Shown: one piece after another, positions 1-8,669 of the stretch
Position numbering within the stretch: the stretch's first letter is position 1
Layout of the letters: the number at the start of each line of letters is the position of its first letter
From: a virus
Taxonomy: Duplodnaviria; Heunggongvirae; Uroviricota; Caudoviricetes
Virus record (IMG/VR): IMGVR_UViG_2778261064_000004
Location: 1 to 12,104 of that record
Length of the DNA: 12,104 nucleotides
Reading direction: 5' to 3' (one strand)
Notes under the pieces: generated by a model
What the model saw: the letters and a program-made list of their open reading frames with translations, nothing else
Databases searched by the model: none
Told to the model about the DNA's origin: nothing
Position numbers and translations under genes: made by a program

Positions 1-2
1 AA

Positions 3-236
3 CAGCTGGCGGTGCTGAAGGCTGACCCCATGCTGATTGTGGTGGAGCGCGATAAAGCGTCCGGCCAGAACGACGCGGCCCGGGGTGATGAGCTGGCCGC
101 ACAGCTGGATGCCGAGCGTCAGAAAGTCAGCGAACTGACGGCGCAACTGGAAGAAGAACGCCAGAAAGTCAGTGAACTGACCGCACAGCTGAACGCCGCA
201 CAGAAAACACAAAAAGCGGACAAAAAGGAGAAGTAA
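3..236 (+). CDS. 5'-partial ORF: C-terminus of a hypothetical phage head-region protein with a coiled-coil-like repeat (Mu gp35 position)
   Basis: Frame is open from the window edge (codons start at position 3) to TAA at 234-236. Translation ends ...AERQKVSELTAQLEEERQKVSELTAQLNAAQKTQKADKKEK. Sits immediately upstream of the DUF1320-like gene. Function not recognisable. Confidence 0.5.
   Translation, partial: QLAVLKADPMLIVVERDKASGQNDAARGDELAAQLDAERQKVSELTAQLEEERQKVSELTAQLNAAQKTQKADKKEK
114..191 (+). repeat. Imperfect tandem repeat, two copies of 36 nt at 42-nt spacing, encoding ERQKVSELTAQL twice
   Basis: Unit 1 at 114-149 (gag cgt cag aaa gtc agc gaa ctg acg gcg caa ctg) and unit 2 at 156-191 (gaa cgc cag aaa gtc agt gaa ctg acc gca cag ctg). 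30 of 36 nt identical; all six differences are synonymous third-position changes. Confidence 0.8.
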
Positions 237-239
237 CCC

Positions 240-671
240 ATGGCCTACGCCACACCGGAGCAGTTCATCAGGGCGTTCAGTGAACGCGAGGCACGCACAC
301 TGACGGATGAAGACATGACGGGATTCATCGACGAAGACAAGCTGGCCTCCGCGCTTGCACGTGCCAGTGCCCAGATTGATGGCTATCTGGTGGGGCGTTA
401 CCGGACCCCGTGGCCTGACAGCCCGGGGATTCTGGTGGGTTACTGCTGCGATATCGCCCGTTACCACCTGGCGACCGATTACCGTATCTGCTCAGAAGAA
501 ATTCAGATGCGCTACCGGGATGCCATCCGCTTTCTGGAGAAAGTCGCGGCAGGACAAATCAACCTCGGGCGGGATACGTCCGGCAGCGTGATCCAGTCAT
601 CGTCACAGGTGCGTATCCGCTCCGGCTCCCGTCAGTTCGGGCGTGAGTCCACGCGGGGAGGTGCATTCTGA
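240..671 (+). CDS. Mu gp36-like protein (DUF1320 family; head-tail connector/head completion type)
   Basis: 143-aa ORF. AAGGAG Shine-Dalgarno about 10 nt upstream of ATG 240. Translation (…DGYLVGRYRTPWPDSPGILVGYCCDIARYHLA…) resembles DUF1320/Mu gp36 as recalled. Position directly upstream of gp37/gp38/sheath genes. Confidence 0.7.
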   Translation: MAYATPEQFIRAFSEREARTLTDEDMTGFIDEDKLASALARASAQIDGYLVGRYRTPWPDSPGILVGYCCDIARYHLATDYRICSEEIQMRYRDAIRFLEKVAAGQINLGRDTSGSVIQSSSQVRIRSGSRQFGRESTRGGAF

Positions 672-724
672 TTACTGACATTGAACGGGCGCTGGTTGAG
701 CGTCTGCGCTGTGGTCTGGGGCAT

Positions 725-1321
725 ATGGTGCAGGATGTCCGCACCTATGCCGGTGAACTGGATGAAGACCCGGGCCGGATTGTTCGCAGCCTTCCGGCAG
801 CCTGGGTGACGTTCGGCGGCATCGTGAAAACCGAACGCTATTCCACGTCACGCCGGAAATACATTGCCACCGGACGCTTTGTGGTTGTGGTGGGTGATTA
901 CAACACCCGCAGCGAACAGAGCGCCAGACAGGGAGGCACCGTCCGGGATGAAGTCGGGACAAACCAGCTGGTTGAATCCGTCCGTCGCCTGCTGACCGGT
1001 CAGGATTTGGGGCTGGAGATTGATTATTTCGAACCCGGGCGGGTCAGGACACTGTTTAACACCGGCGTGGCAGAGCGGGCAATGTCCGTATTTGCCTGTG
1101 AGTTCGATACCCGCTGGGTGGAGCACGCGCTGGAGAACGGCAAATGGCCGGAGCGTGGCGCAGAAGCGGACCGCCTCTTCAACCGTTACCACGGCAGGCT
1201 GTCAGACCCTGATCCGGAACTGCTGAACCTTGGCATCCGGTACCAGATGCAGGACAGCGACGCTGAAGTATCAGGGCTGACTGAATTAAGAGAGCAACAG
1301 CATGAACAAAATGAAGGTTAA
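725..1321 (+). CDS. Mu gp37-like virion protein (DUF1834 family); true start probably upstream at about 668-671 using a non-AUG codon
   Basis: 198-aa ORF from ATG 725, but the frame is open from 647 and a strong GGGGAGGTG Shine-Dalgarno lies at 655-663, 7 nt before ATT 671. The encoded upstream peptide (L)ITDIERALVERL reads as a natural N-terminus. Ends TAA 1319-1321. Confidence 0.7.
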   Translation: MVQDVRTYAGELDEDPGRIVRSLPAAWVTFGGIVKTERYSTSRRKYIATGRFVVVVGDYNTRSEQSARQGGTVRDEVGTNQLVESVRRLLTGQDLGLEIDYFEPGRVRTLFNTGVAERAMSVFACEFDTRWVEHALENGKWPERGAEADRLFNRYHGRLSDPDPELLNLGIRYQMQDSDAEVSGLTELREQQHEQNEG

Positions 1322-1544
1322 GGCGGCTCCCGGGATGAAGTTCCCGATGGAGGATAACGCCCGGAAATACATCACCACGGAAGCGGTGACCGTTGAGAAC
1401 ACCGCTTATTACCGGCGCGCCGTTCAGGACGGTGACCTGATTCTGGTGAAGGATGAGCCTGAAACCACCGTGACGGCTGAACAGGACGCCGTGCAGGTAA
1501 AAGCGAAGGCGAAGAGAGAGAAACAGGTGGATTCCGATGAGTGA
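1302..1544 (+). CDS. Small Mu gp38-like protein (DUF2635 family)
   Basis: 80-aa ORF overlapping the upstream gene by 20 nt and the sheath gene by 8 nt (ATGAGTGA junction). Size and position between gp37-like and sheath genes match Mu gp38. Alternative start at ATG 1311. Confidence 0.65.
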   Translation: MNKMKVKAAPGMKFPMEDNARKYITTEAVTVENTAYYRRAVQDGDLILVKDEPETTVTAEQDAVQVKAKAKREKQVDSDE

Positions 1545-2958
1545 AATTCAGTTTGACACCATTTCGGGCGGCATCCGTAAGCCCGGTGTGCATTTTGAGT
1601 TTAATACCCGGCTGGCCGTTAACACGCTGCCGGGTAATGAACAGCGTGTTCTGGTGATTGGTCCGATGCTGTCAGGCGGCACCGCCACGCCCCTGAATGC
1701 CGTCTCCGTGTATTCCGAAGACGAAGCGGATTTGTATTTCGGGGCCGGTTCGCTGGCCGCTGCAATGGCGCGCGCGGCCATTAACGCCAACAGTTATCTG
1801 CAACTGGATGTTATCGGTATTGCAGACAGTGGCGCAGGACAGGCGGCAACCGGTGCGGTTACCGTCAGCGGTACGGCAATCAGCAGCGGCACACTGTCGG
1901 TATGGGTTGCCGGTGAGCAGGTTACGGTGGATGTGGAAACCGGCGATGAACCGTCGAAAATCATTCCTGCACTGGTGGAAGCAATGACGCAGACGCCATC
2001 GCTTCTGGTCACGGGGGAATACAAATCAGAAACCTCTCAGCTGACGGTGACCACCCGGACCAAAGGTGCCTGGGGGAATGATATCACCCTGTCAGCGTCC
2101 ACCACGGCAGGTGGTCTGACCGTGAGCGCCACGCCGATGGCGAACGGTGAAATGGACCCGGATATTCAGCCCGCACTGGATGCGGTCTTTGCCGCCGGTC
2201 ACAACATTCTGATTTGTCCGTTCAGTACCACGCCAGCCCTTGCCGCCCTGAAGCAGCATCTGGAGAAAACCGGGAACGCGATGGAACAGCGCGGCGCGAT
2301 TGGCTGTGCAGGCTGGACGGGCAGTCTCGGAAACGGGATCACCCTGGCAGCCGGTGTGAACAGTGGGCGCGTGTCCGTCCCCTGGTATCGCGGCTCCGTG
2401 AAGCTGCCAGCGGTGCTGGCTGCCATCTACGGCGCTGTGATGGCGGGCGAGGAAGACCCGGCGCGTCCGCTGAACTCGCTGGCGCTGTCCGGGCTGGATG
2501 TGGTCGCAATGTCACAGCGTGAAAGCCGTAACGAGCAGGAAAACGCCCTGCATAACGGCCTGACGCCGGTTGAGGTTGGCCCGGGTAACACGGTGCAGAT
2601 TGTGCGTGCGGTCAGTACGTACACGGTTAACGCACAGGGTGTGACTGACGTCTCGTTACTGGATATCACGTCCATCAGAACGCTGGACTACACCCGCAAG
2701 GCGTGCCGCGAACGCATCAGCCTTCGCTTCCCGCGCGAAAAACTCAGCACCCGTACTATCGCAAAAGTGGAAAGCGAACTGTATGACGTGCTGATCAAGC
2801 TGGAGGAAGCGGAGATTCTGGAGAACGTGGAAGCGAACAAGGCAAAGCTGCGCGTTCAGCGAAACGGGAAAGATGCAAACCGTCTCGACTGCGTGGTTCC
2901 GGCGGATGTGGTTAACGGCCTGCATGTGTTTGCCGGTCGCATCGACATGATTTTGTAA
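1537..2958 (+). CDS. Contractile tail sheath protein (Mu L-like)
   Basis: 473-aa ORF. AGGTGG Shine-Dalgarno upstream of ATG 1537. Size typical of myophage sheath proteins and it lies immediately upstream of the tube gene. Start overlaps the preceding stop. Confidence 0.85.
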   Translation: MSEIQFDTISGGIRKPGVHFEFNTRLAVNTLPGNEQRVLVIGPMLSGGTATPLNAVSVYSEDEADLYFGAGSLAAAMARAAINANSYLQLDVIGIADSGAGQAATGAVTVSGTAISSGTLSVWVAGEQVTVDVETGDEPSKIIPALVEAMTQTPSLLVTGEYKSETSQLTVTTRTKGAWGNDITLSASTTAGGLTVSATPMANGEMDPDIQPALDAVFAAGHNILICPFSTTPALAALKQHLEKTGNAMEQRGAIGCAGWTGSLGNGITLAAGVNSGRVSVPWYRGSVKLPAVLAAIYGAVMAGEEDPARPLNSLALSGLDVVAMSQRESRNEQENALHNGLTPVEVGPGNTVQIVRAVSTYTVNAQGVTDVSLLDITSIRTLDYTRKACRERISLRFPREKLSTRTIAKVESELYDVLIKLEEAEILENVEANKAKLRVQRNGKDANRLDCVVPADVVNGLHVFAGRIDMIL

Positions 2959-2970
2959 GGAGCGCGGTAA

Positions 2971-3345
2971 ATGTCCATTAAAGAATATGTCGGCTCGATT
3001 GTGCTGGAGGTGGACAGCCAGGAAATCGAGATCACCGACTTCGATGTTCAGATCAACACCGGGCGAAAGCTGGTCAAGACCATGAACAAAACCGGCAGGG
3101 CCAAAGGCTTTGCCCGTGGCATTGCCACTTACGATATTTCAGTTTCGGCGGTGATCCCTGATACCAACGAGCCGGACTGGGAAAATCTGGAAGGTGTGAA
3201 AATCTCAATTTATCCGCTCAGCAACAGCGGCAAGCGCACCTCCTATCTGGACTGCTTCACAACCGAAGTGGGTGAGAAATACACCGTCGACAGTGAAGCG
3301 AAAATTGATATCAAAATGGCTGCACTCAGGAAGGTGACAGGATGA
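2971..3345 (+). CDS. Tail tube protein (Mu M-like)
   Basis: 124-aa ORF with a strong AAGGAG Shine-Dalgarno (about 2951-2956 region, ending 8-9 nt before ATG 2971). Canonical sheath-tube-chaperone-tape measure order. Confidence 0.8.
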   Translation: MSIKEYVGSIVLEVDSQEIEITDFDVQINTGRKLVKTMNKTGRAKGFARGIATYDISVSAVIPDTNEPDWENLEGVKISIYPLSNSGKRTSYLDCFTTEVGEKYTVDSEAKIDIKMAALRKVTG

Positions 3346-3725
3346 CTTTGATTAATACACAGACCGGCGAACTGTCTGATGGCGTGGTGTTTAACGGCAC
3401 CGTTCATAAAAACTTTGAGCTGCGTCTGCCAGTCATGCGTGATAACGGGCAGGCACTGGAAGAAACCGAAGAACGCTTTCAGACGGTGGATGGCTTCGCG
3501 GCGGATTATTACTACCGCTGTGCGGTGATGGCGGCAACGCTGGTCCGTCTGGGGGATATTCCGCAGGAAGAACTGACGGCGGAGCTGTTGCACGACAACA
3601 TGACGCCGGACGATTTTAATATTCTGCTGGCATCACGCAACGTCCTGAAGGTAAAGCGGAACGGCGGGAATCCCGGCTCGCCGGACTCCGGCTCGCAGTC
3701 CTTATCCTCGGGCGCTACGGAATAA
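3342..3725 (+). CDS. Tail assembly chaperone (Mu gp41 / P2 gpE / lambda gpG analogue)
   Basis: 127-aa acidic ORF between the tube and tape-measure genes. AAGGTGA Shine-Dalgarno; ATGA overlap with the tube stop. Followed by an overlapping -1 frame ORF, as is typical of this gene class. Confidence 0.75.
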   Translation: MTLINTQTGELSDGVVFNGTVHKNFELRLPVMRDNGQALEETEERFQTVDGFAADYYYRCAVMAATLVRLGDIPQEELTAELLHDNMTPDDFNILLASRNVLKVKRNGGNPGSPDSGSQSLSSGATE

Positions 3726-3898
3726 CCGAAGAGCAAATCATGACCATGAGCCGTCCCGAGCTGGACGGCTGGCTTGCCGCCGTTGACAGGCTGAACGGCG
3801 GCGGCTCAGGAAGAAAGGACACCTCACAGACCACCCGCCAGTCATTTAAATCCCTCAGAAAGAAACGCAGAAAAGGTAAGCAGAAAAATGGCCGGTAA
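3620..3898 (+). CDS. Putative -1 frame extension of the tail chaperone (gpGT / gpE+E'-like fusion C-terminus); alternatively an independent 52-aa ORF from ATG 3740
   Basis: Frame 2 is open from 3620 (just after an in-frame TAA at 3617-3619) to TAA 3896-3898. It overlaps the last ~35 codons of the chaperone and ends 11 nt into the tape-measure gene. Encodes …ITEEQIMTMSRPELDGWLAAVDRLNGGGSGRKD…KKRRKGKQKNGR. No canonical X_XXY_YYZ heptamer found in the overlap. Confidence 0.45.
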   Translation, partial: YSAGITQRPEGKAERRESRLAGLRLAVLILGRYGITEEQIMTMSRPELDGWLAAVDRLNGGGSGRKDTSQTTRQSFKSLRKKRRKGKQKNGR

Positions 3899-6125
3899 TT
3901 TCAAAGTTGGCATGACCCTGACTGCGAAGGACGAAGCCTCGCAGGTTCTGGAAAAGGGACAAAAACAGGTTATCAAAGCCACCGAAGGTGTAACAAAGGC
4001 AACCCGGAAGGCAGGCGCAGAGCAGAAGCGTACCGGGCAGGAAAGCATTAACAGCACGAAAAAGGCCGCAAAAGAGATACAGCGTGCCGCCCGTGCCCGG
4101 GAAACGCTCGGTATTCGTGCAGAACGCGAGATCCGGCGTGAAATTTATCTGACGGTTGCCAGTTATAACCGTCTGGCCCGCGCCGGTTTTGAATCTGCGC
4201 AGGAGCAGGAGCGCGCCATGCAGGCCACCCGGGAAAAAGCCCGGGCACTCAAGCGTGAACTGGATGGCGTTACTCAGGCTCAGATGAAGATGGCGAAAAC
4301 GCCTGTTATCCCTGAACGGGGGCGTTTTGCCCGTGCGGCTGCATTTGGCGGGAATGCCGTGACAATAGGCGGTGGTATTGCAGCAGGTGCTGCCATTATG
4401 GCGCAGCCGGTCAAAAAGCAGATGAGCTACGAACGCCAGCTGGCAATGATGGCCAATACCGCCTTCAGTGATGGCGGACTGGAGGGGCGCAGGGCTGGTC
4501 TTGAGCAGATGAAAAGCAGCATCCGTAACGCGGTGACCTATGGTGGTGGCACGAAAGAGGATGCAGCCGAAACGCTGGATGCCCTGCTGAAAGACGGCAT
4601 TTCATTTGAAACAGCCAACAAGTGGCTACCTGAACTGATGAAATACGCCACGGCTTCCGGTGCATCTGCAACAGACCTGGCCAACGTAATGGTCAAAGGA
4701 AAAAAGACGTTTGGATTCAGGGATGAAGATATTTCCACCGTTCTGAATATGGCGATTGCAGCGGGGAAAGAAGGCAGCTTTGAACTGAACGATATGGCGC
4801 AATATTTATCGTCACAACTGGGGGCTGCTGCCAATGCCGGGATGAAAGGCAAGGATGATTTCGTCAAGATTCTGGCGCTGAATGAAGCCGCAGCGATTAC
4901 AGCTGGTAACAGCAGCGAAGCCGGAAATAACGTATTTAACCTGCTGGCAAAACTGACCAGTAAGGATATTGAAACAGCGGCTGCGGGAATAAATTACAAC
5001 GGTAAGGGCATCGACTTTGCAGGCACGCTGGTAGAAGCGCGCAAGAACGGGCTTGATCCGATAGACGCGCTGTCCAGCCTGATAGACAAAATCGTTGCCA
5101 GCGATAAACGCTATCAGGAGTTGCAAAAGAAACTGGCATCCGCCCGGGACAAAGGCGAGCAGACGGCTGTTTATGATTCGATGGTAAAACTCCTTGAAGG
5201 TTTTGGTGTCGGAAAGCTGGTTGCAGACCAACAGGCGTTAAAGGCGTTGCTGGCTTATCGTAACAACCCGGAATACCGGAAAAAGGTTGAAGACGCGATT
5301 AATCAGCAGCGCACCCTGCCGGAAGGTCAGCGCGCGGGTGATGTGGATTTTAAATTCATATCAGACACGAATGATTTTAAAACCGGGCAGGCTAAAAACA
5401 CGCTTGAATTTTCACAAATGGATGGCGTGAAAAAACTGGCTGATGCATCCGGGACTGTGGCCGATGCCATAAGCTGGGCGGGTGAAAAATTTCCGGGGCT
5501 GACCACAGCAGTGGTGACAGCTACCACAGCCATTAAAGCGATGACAGCAGCGGCCGTCACGTTTGCGGGGCTGAAACTTATTACCGGTAATCCAGTGTCC
5601 GGAGGAGCAGATAAACCCGATGATACTGGGGATACTGCATCCAAAGTTAAAGATATCAGTGAAGTCGCTTCCGGCAATCAGGGACGTCTGGGAAAAATAA
5701 TGGGCGCAGCCGGAAAAATTGCAACCATTTACGCAGGCTATGAGGCCGCAGAAGAACTTTATGGGGCTGTTGTTGGCGATACCATCAAGAACTTTACAGA
5801 TAATCATGGTTTGTTTTTTGCAGACGATGGCTCCTTGTTCTTTACCCGTGAAGGAATGCTTAAACGGGATAATGAGCTGAAAGCCGCAGCTGATGCTCTG
5901 CCATCACCGGAGCAGGTGAACAAAGCCGCAGGAAACACAACGTCTGAACCGGCATCAGAACAACCCGGACGCATCACCCAGCCGGAATACCTCACGCACT
6001 GGGGACCACCTGCCAGCCCCATAAATTTCACCACACAACTGGTGCTCGATGGTCAGGTCGTGGCGGAGGCAGTGAACAAATACAACCTTCAGGACGGCAA
6101 CAGAGGCACGGGAGGAACTTACTGA
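3888..6125 (+). CDS. Tail tape measure protein (Mu Y-like)
   Basis: 745-aa ORF, the longest in the window, located right after the chaperone/frameshift pair. Ala/Gly/Lys-rich, largely helical-looking sequence with a hydrophobic stretch (…TTAVVTATTAIKAMTAAAVTFAGLKLITG…). Confidence 0.85.
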   Translation: MAGNFKVGMTLTAKDEASQVLEKGQKQVIKATEGVTKATRKAGAEQKRTGQESINSTKKAAKEIQRAARARETLGIRAEREIRREIYLTVASYNRLARAGFESAQEQERAMQATREKARALKRELDGVTQAQMKMAKTPVIPERGRFARAAAFGGNAVTIGGGIAAGAAIMAQPVKKQMSYERQLAMMANTAFSDGGLEGRRAGLEQMKSSIRNAVTYGGGTKEDAAETLDALLKDGISFETANKWLPELMKYATASGASATDLANVMVKGKKTFGFRDEDISTVLNMAIAAGKEGSFELNDMAQYLSSQLGAAANAGMKGKDDFVKILALNEAAAITAGNSSEAGNNVFNLLAKLTSKDIETAAAGINYNGKGIDFAGTLVEARKNGLDPIDALSSLIDKIVASDKRYQELQKKLASARDKGEQTAVYDSMVKLLEGFGVGKLVADQQALKALLAYRNNPEYRKKVEDAINQQRTLPEGQRAGDVDFKFISDTNDFKTGQAKNTLEFSQMDGVKKLADASGTVADAISWAGEKFPGLTTAVVTATTAIKAMTAAAVTFAGLKLITGNPVSGGADKPDDTGDTASKVKDISEVASGNQGRLGKIMGAAGKIATIYAGYEAAEELYGAVVGDTIKNFTDNHGLFFADDGSLFFTREGMLKRDNELKAAADALPSPEQVNKAAGNTTSEPASEQPGRITQPEYLTHWGPPASPINFTTQLVLDGQVVAEAVNKYNLQDGNRGTGGTY

Positions 6126-7474
6126 TGGGCTGGGCTGAAAACCTGCAAAACGCCTCCTTTCGCGGTGTGCAGTTTGATGTACTGAACACGGATGAACAAA
6201 TCAGCCGCGACCATGCGGTCTATGAATACCCGTTTGTTGACGGGGCGGATTTGCACGACCTCGGGCGCAAGGCGCGACCGTTCCGCATGACGGCGTTCCT
6301 GTGGGGGGAGTATTACGAATATAAACTCGAAAAGCTGATCGCCGCCCTGGATAAAGGCGGTGATGGTGAGCTGATTCACCCGGTTTACGGCTCCGTACCG
6401 TCGGTGATTGTGACCGGCTACAGCATCCGCCATGACGCAGAAAGCCCGGACAGCTGCACCATCGACATGAGTTTTCTGGAGAACCGCACCGGCAGCGCGT
6501 TGTTCAGCACCCCGTTACCGGAGCTGTTTGCACAGAAGTTATTTGAAGAACTGGATAAGTTACTGGCACAGTTAAGCGAATTATTTGACGCTGTTACGGC
6601 CCCTTTAAAGACCATTAACAGCGTGATTAAAAAAATCCAGACGGTGCGTGCCACGCTGGTGAATACCCTGCTGACATTCAAAAGCGATTTTCTCTCATCC
6701 ATCGACAATATGATGTCACTGGCCAGCGAACCCGGAAAGTTCATCGGCGGGCTGGCAGAGGTGCTGGAAATCCACACGTCAGATGTCGGGCACGCGGTGC
6801 CGGTGCTGGAGCGTACTGATTCCGCCACCACGACCGGACTGACCGGGGAAGACAGCGTCGCCAGTTCTGCGACAGTGATGACCTGCTGGAATGAGGTGAT
6901 GGCAGATATGGATGAGCTGGTCGCACTGCCGGTCGCACTGGTCAGCGGTGATAAAACGCCGTCTGTGGCACTTCCGCCGGATGCGTCCGTGGAAGACGTG
7001 CAGGACGTGAAAGCGGCATATGCGGTTCTGGCAGCCTCAGAGCTGGCCAGCGTGGCGACGGCGATACTGTCAGATGAGGCCCAGTCAGAGCAGCTTATAC
7101 CGGCGGATATCGGGCGACTGGTCGGGGATGTGCGCACCCGCTTACAGGCAGCCATCACGCTGTTCCGTGAACGCTATGAAGGCGAACGCGAACGGATAAC
7201 CGAAACCGCATCACCGCTGGGGCTGATGTACCCGGAAATCATTCAGAGCATGAAGAACGTGGCGGCATCCGTGCAGGATGTCGGCCTGCTGGTTCTGTCT
7301 CGCCGCCCACCGCTGACGCAGAAACAGGTGCAGGCGGACAGCTGTCTGCTGTTGCTGGCGTGGCAGTGGTACGGCGATTACAGCCGTGCGGCAGAGCTGC
7401 AACGTCTGAACCCGCAGCTGCGTGACCCGAACAACATAACCGCCGGGATGGTGATTAATGCCTATGCAAAATAA
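6125..7474 (+). CDS. Mu N-like tail protein (DNA circularisation protein N-terminal domain family)
   Basis: 449-aa ORF. GGAGGAA Shine-Dalgarno upstream; TGATG stop/start overlap with the tape-measure gene. Position between tape measure and baseplate hub matches Mu N. Family assignment is from memory. Confidence 0.7.
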   Translation: MGWAENLQNASFRGVQFDVLNTDEQISRDHAVYEYPFVDGADLHDLGRKARPFRMTAFLWGEYYEYKLEKLIAALDKGGDGELIHPVYGSVPSVIVTGYSIRHDAESPDSCTIDMSFLENRTGSALFSTPLPELFAQKLFEELDKLLAQLSELFDAVTAPLKTINSVIKKIQTVRATLVNTLLTFKSDFLSSIDNMMSLASEPGKFIGGLAEVLEIHTSDVGHAVPVLERTDSATTTGLTGEDSVASSATVMTCWNEVMADMDELVALPVALVSGDKTPSVALPPDASVEDVQDVKAAYAVLAASELASVATAILSDEAQSEQLIPADIGRLVGDVRTRLQAAITLFRERYEGERERITETASPLGLMYPEIIQSMKNVAASVQDVGLLVLSRRPPLTQKQVQADSCLLLLAWQWYGDYSRAAELQRLNPQLRDPNNITAGMVINAYAK

Positions 7475-8669
7475 CGACGACAAAATCAGCCTGGTCATTG
7501 CCGGAAGGTCGCATTCTGACTGGAGCAGTTATCGTATTGACAGCGATTTCCTGAAAGCCGCCGACGGCTGGCAGCTTCAGCTGGGACTGCCTGAAAAGGT
7601 GTTCCCGGCGGATATCGTCCGGGGTGCGCCGGTCCGTTTGCAGGTGGGAGACGAGACGGTCCTCAGTGGTCGCGTGGACAGCGTGCGCCGCAGTGTATCC
7701 CGTCAGAGCTGCACGCTGACCCTGTCCGGGCGTGATGATGCCGCCATCCTGGTGGACTGTGCCGCACCGGTGTTCAGCGCCAACCAGCTGACACTGGACG
7801 AGGTCATCGACAGGATAGTCAGACCGCTGGGGATACAGCGCATCCGTATTCAGGCGTCCGGTGTGTCACGTAATGACAAGGTCGTTATAGAGCCGGGGAT
7901 GCGTGCGTGGGATGCACTGGCTAAAGCTGCCGCCGGTCGCGGCTTATGGCCGTGGTTTGAGCCTGACGGGACGCTGGTTGTGGGTGGCCCTGACTACACC
8001 ACCACGCCGGTGGACACGCTGATTATGAAGCTGGACGGCACCGGGAACAACGTGATGGAGCTGGACGATACCCGGTCCATTAACGGCTGTTTCTCCGAGC
8101 TGACGGTGCTGGCCCAGAGCCACGCCCGCCGCGCAGACAGCAAGAAACAACTGGCCGTGGTGCCGCTGGATATCTGGAACGAGGACGGCAGCGTGCGCAC
8201 ATTGTCCGGGCAGGACAGCGGTAATACGGACAGTGGCCAGACGGGCATTCATAACATGAAAGCCGTGGCCACCGACCCCACCGTGGATTATTACCGCCCG
8301 CAGATAATCACCCAGGGCGACACCAGTAACATGGAGCAGGTGAACTGGCGCGCCAAAAAAATGATGAGTGATGCCCGTCTGTCGGGGCTGGATATCGTCG
8401 CACTGGTTGCAGGTCATCGCACGGCGGACGGTGTCCTGTGGCAGCCCGGCCAGCGTGTGCGGATTGTCAGCGAACCCCACGGCATCGACGCCATCTTTTT
8501 CCTGATGGGGCGTGAGTTCAGCGGAGGCCGGAGCGGGCAGACAACCCGGCTCCGCTTTAAGGAGGATGGCGTGTGGATACCTGATGCCTTCCCGCGCGAG
8601 ACGAAACGCCATCACCGCAGGGGCAAAAAGAAAAAAGAGGTCGCCATTGTTAAGGTCTGGGAGAAATGA
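7458..8669 (+). CDS. Baseplate hub protein (Mu P/gp44-like; P2 gpD 'late control D' family)
   Basis: 403-aa ORF overlapping the N-like gene by 17 nt (alternative start ATG 7464). Size and position match Mu P. Has a Lys/Arg-rich C-terminal tail. Confidence 0.7.
   Translation: MPMQNNDDKISLVIAGRSHSDWSSYRIDSDFLKAADGWQLQLGLPEKVFPADIVRGAPVRLQVGDETVLSGRVDSVRRSVSRQSCTLTLSGRDDAAILVDCAAPVFSANQLTLDEVIDRIVRPLGIQRIRIQASGVSRNDKVVIEPGMRAWDALAKAAAGRGLWPWFEPDGTLVVGGPDYTTTPVDTLIMKLDGTGNNVMELDDTRSINGCFSELTVLAQSHARRADSKKQLAVVPLDIWNEDGSVRTLSGQDSGNTDSGQTGIHNMKAVATDPTVDYYRPQIITQGDTSNMEQVNWRAKKMMSDARLSGLDIVALVAGHRTADGVLWQPGQRVRIVSEPHGIDAIFFLMGREFSGGRSGQTTRLRFKEDGVWIPDAFPRETKRHHRRGKKKKEVAIVKVWEK

Noticed and set aside
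3749-3770. 8-bp stem / 6-nt loop hairpin (agccgtcc…ggacggct) just downstream of the chaperone stop
   Set aside because: Not followed by a U-tract, so not an intrinsic terminator, and it lies downstream of the overlap where a slip site would have to be, so it cannot be the frameshift stimulator. Probably incidental.
6418-7158. 246-aa minus-strand ORF (Ser/Thr/Ala-rich) lying antisense within the Mu N-like gene
   Set aside because: Entirely embedded antisense in a well-supported + strand gene in a GC-rich region, where long spurious antisense frames are expected. Low-complexity composition and no ribosome-binding site; treated as a non-coding artefact.
7380-7460. Possible Mu C-activated late promoter (P_P-like) at the end of the N-like gene, by analogy with phage Mu
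   Set aside because: I cannot recognise a convincing C-binding dyad or -10 element by eye in this stretch. The idea rests on analogy only and needs transcription start-site mapping.
8621-8640. A-rich run (ggcaaaaagaaaaaagag) at the 3' end of the hub gene, considered as a possible slippery site
   Set aside because: The A-runs are not in the X_XXY_YYZ register relative to the reading frame, and the sequence simply encodes the KKKK tail. No downstream alternative frame of significant length exists.
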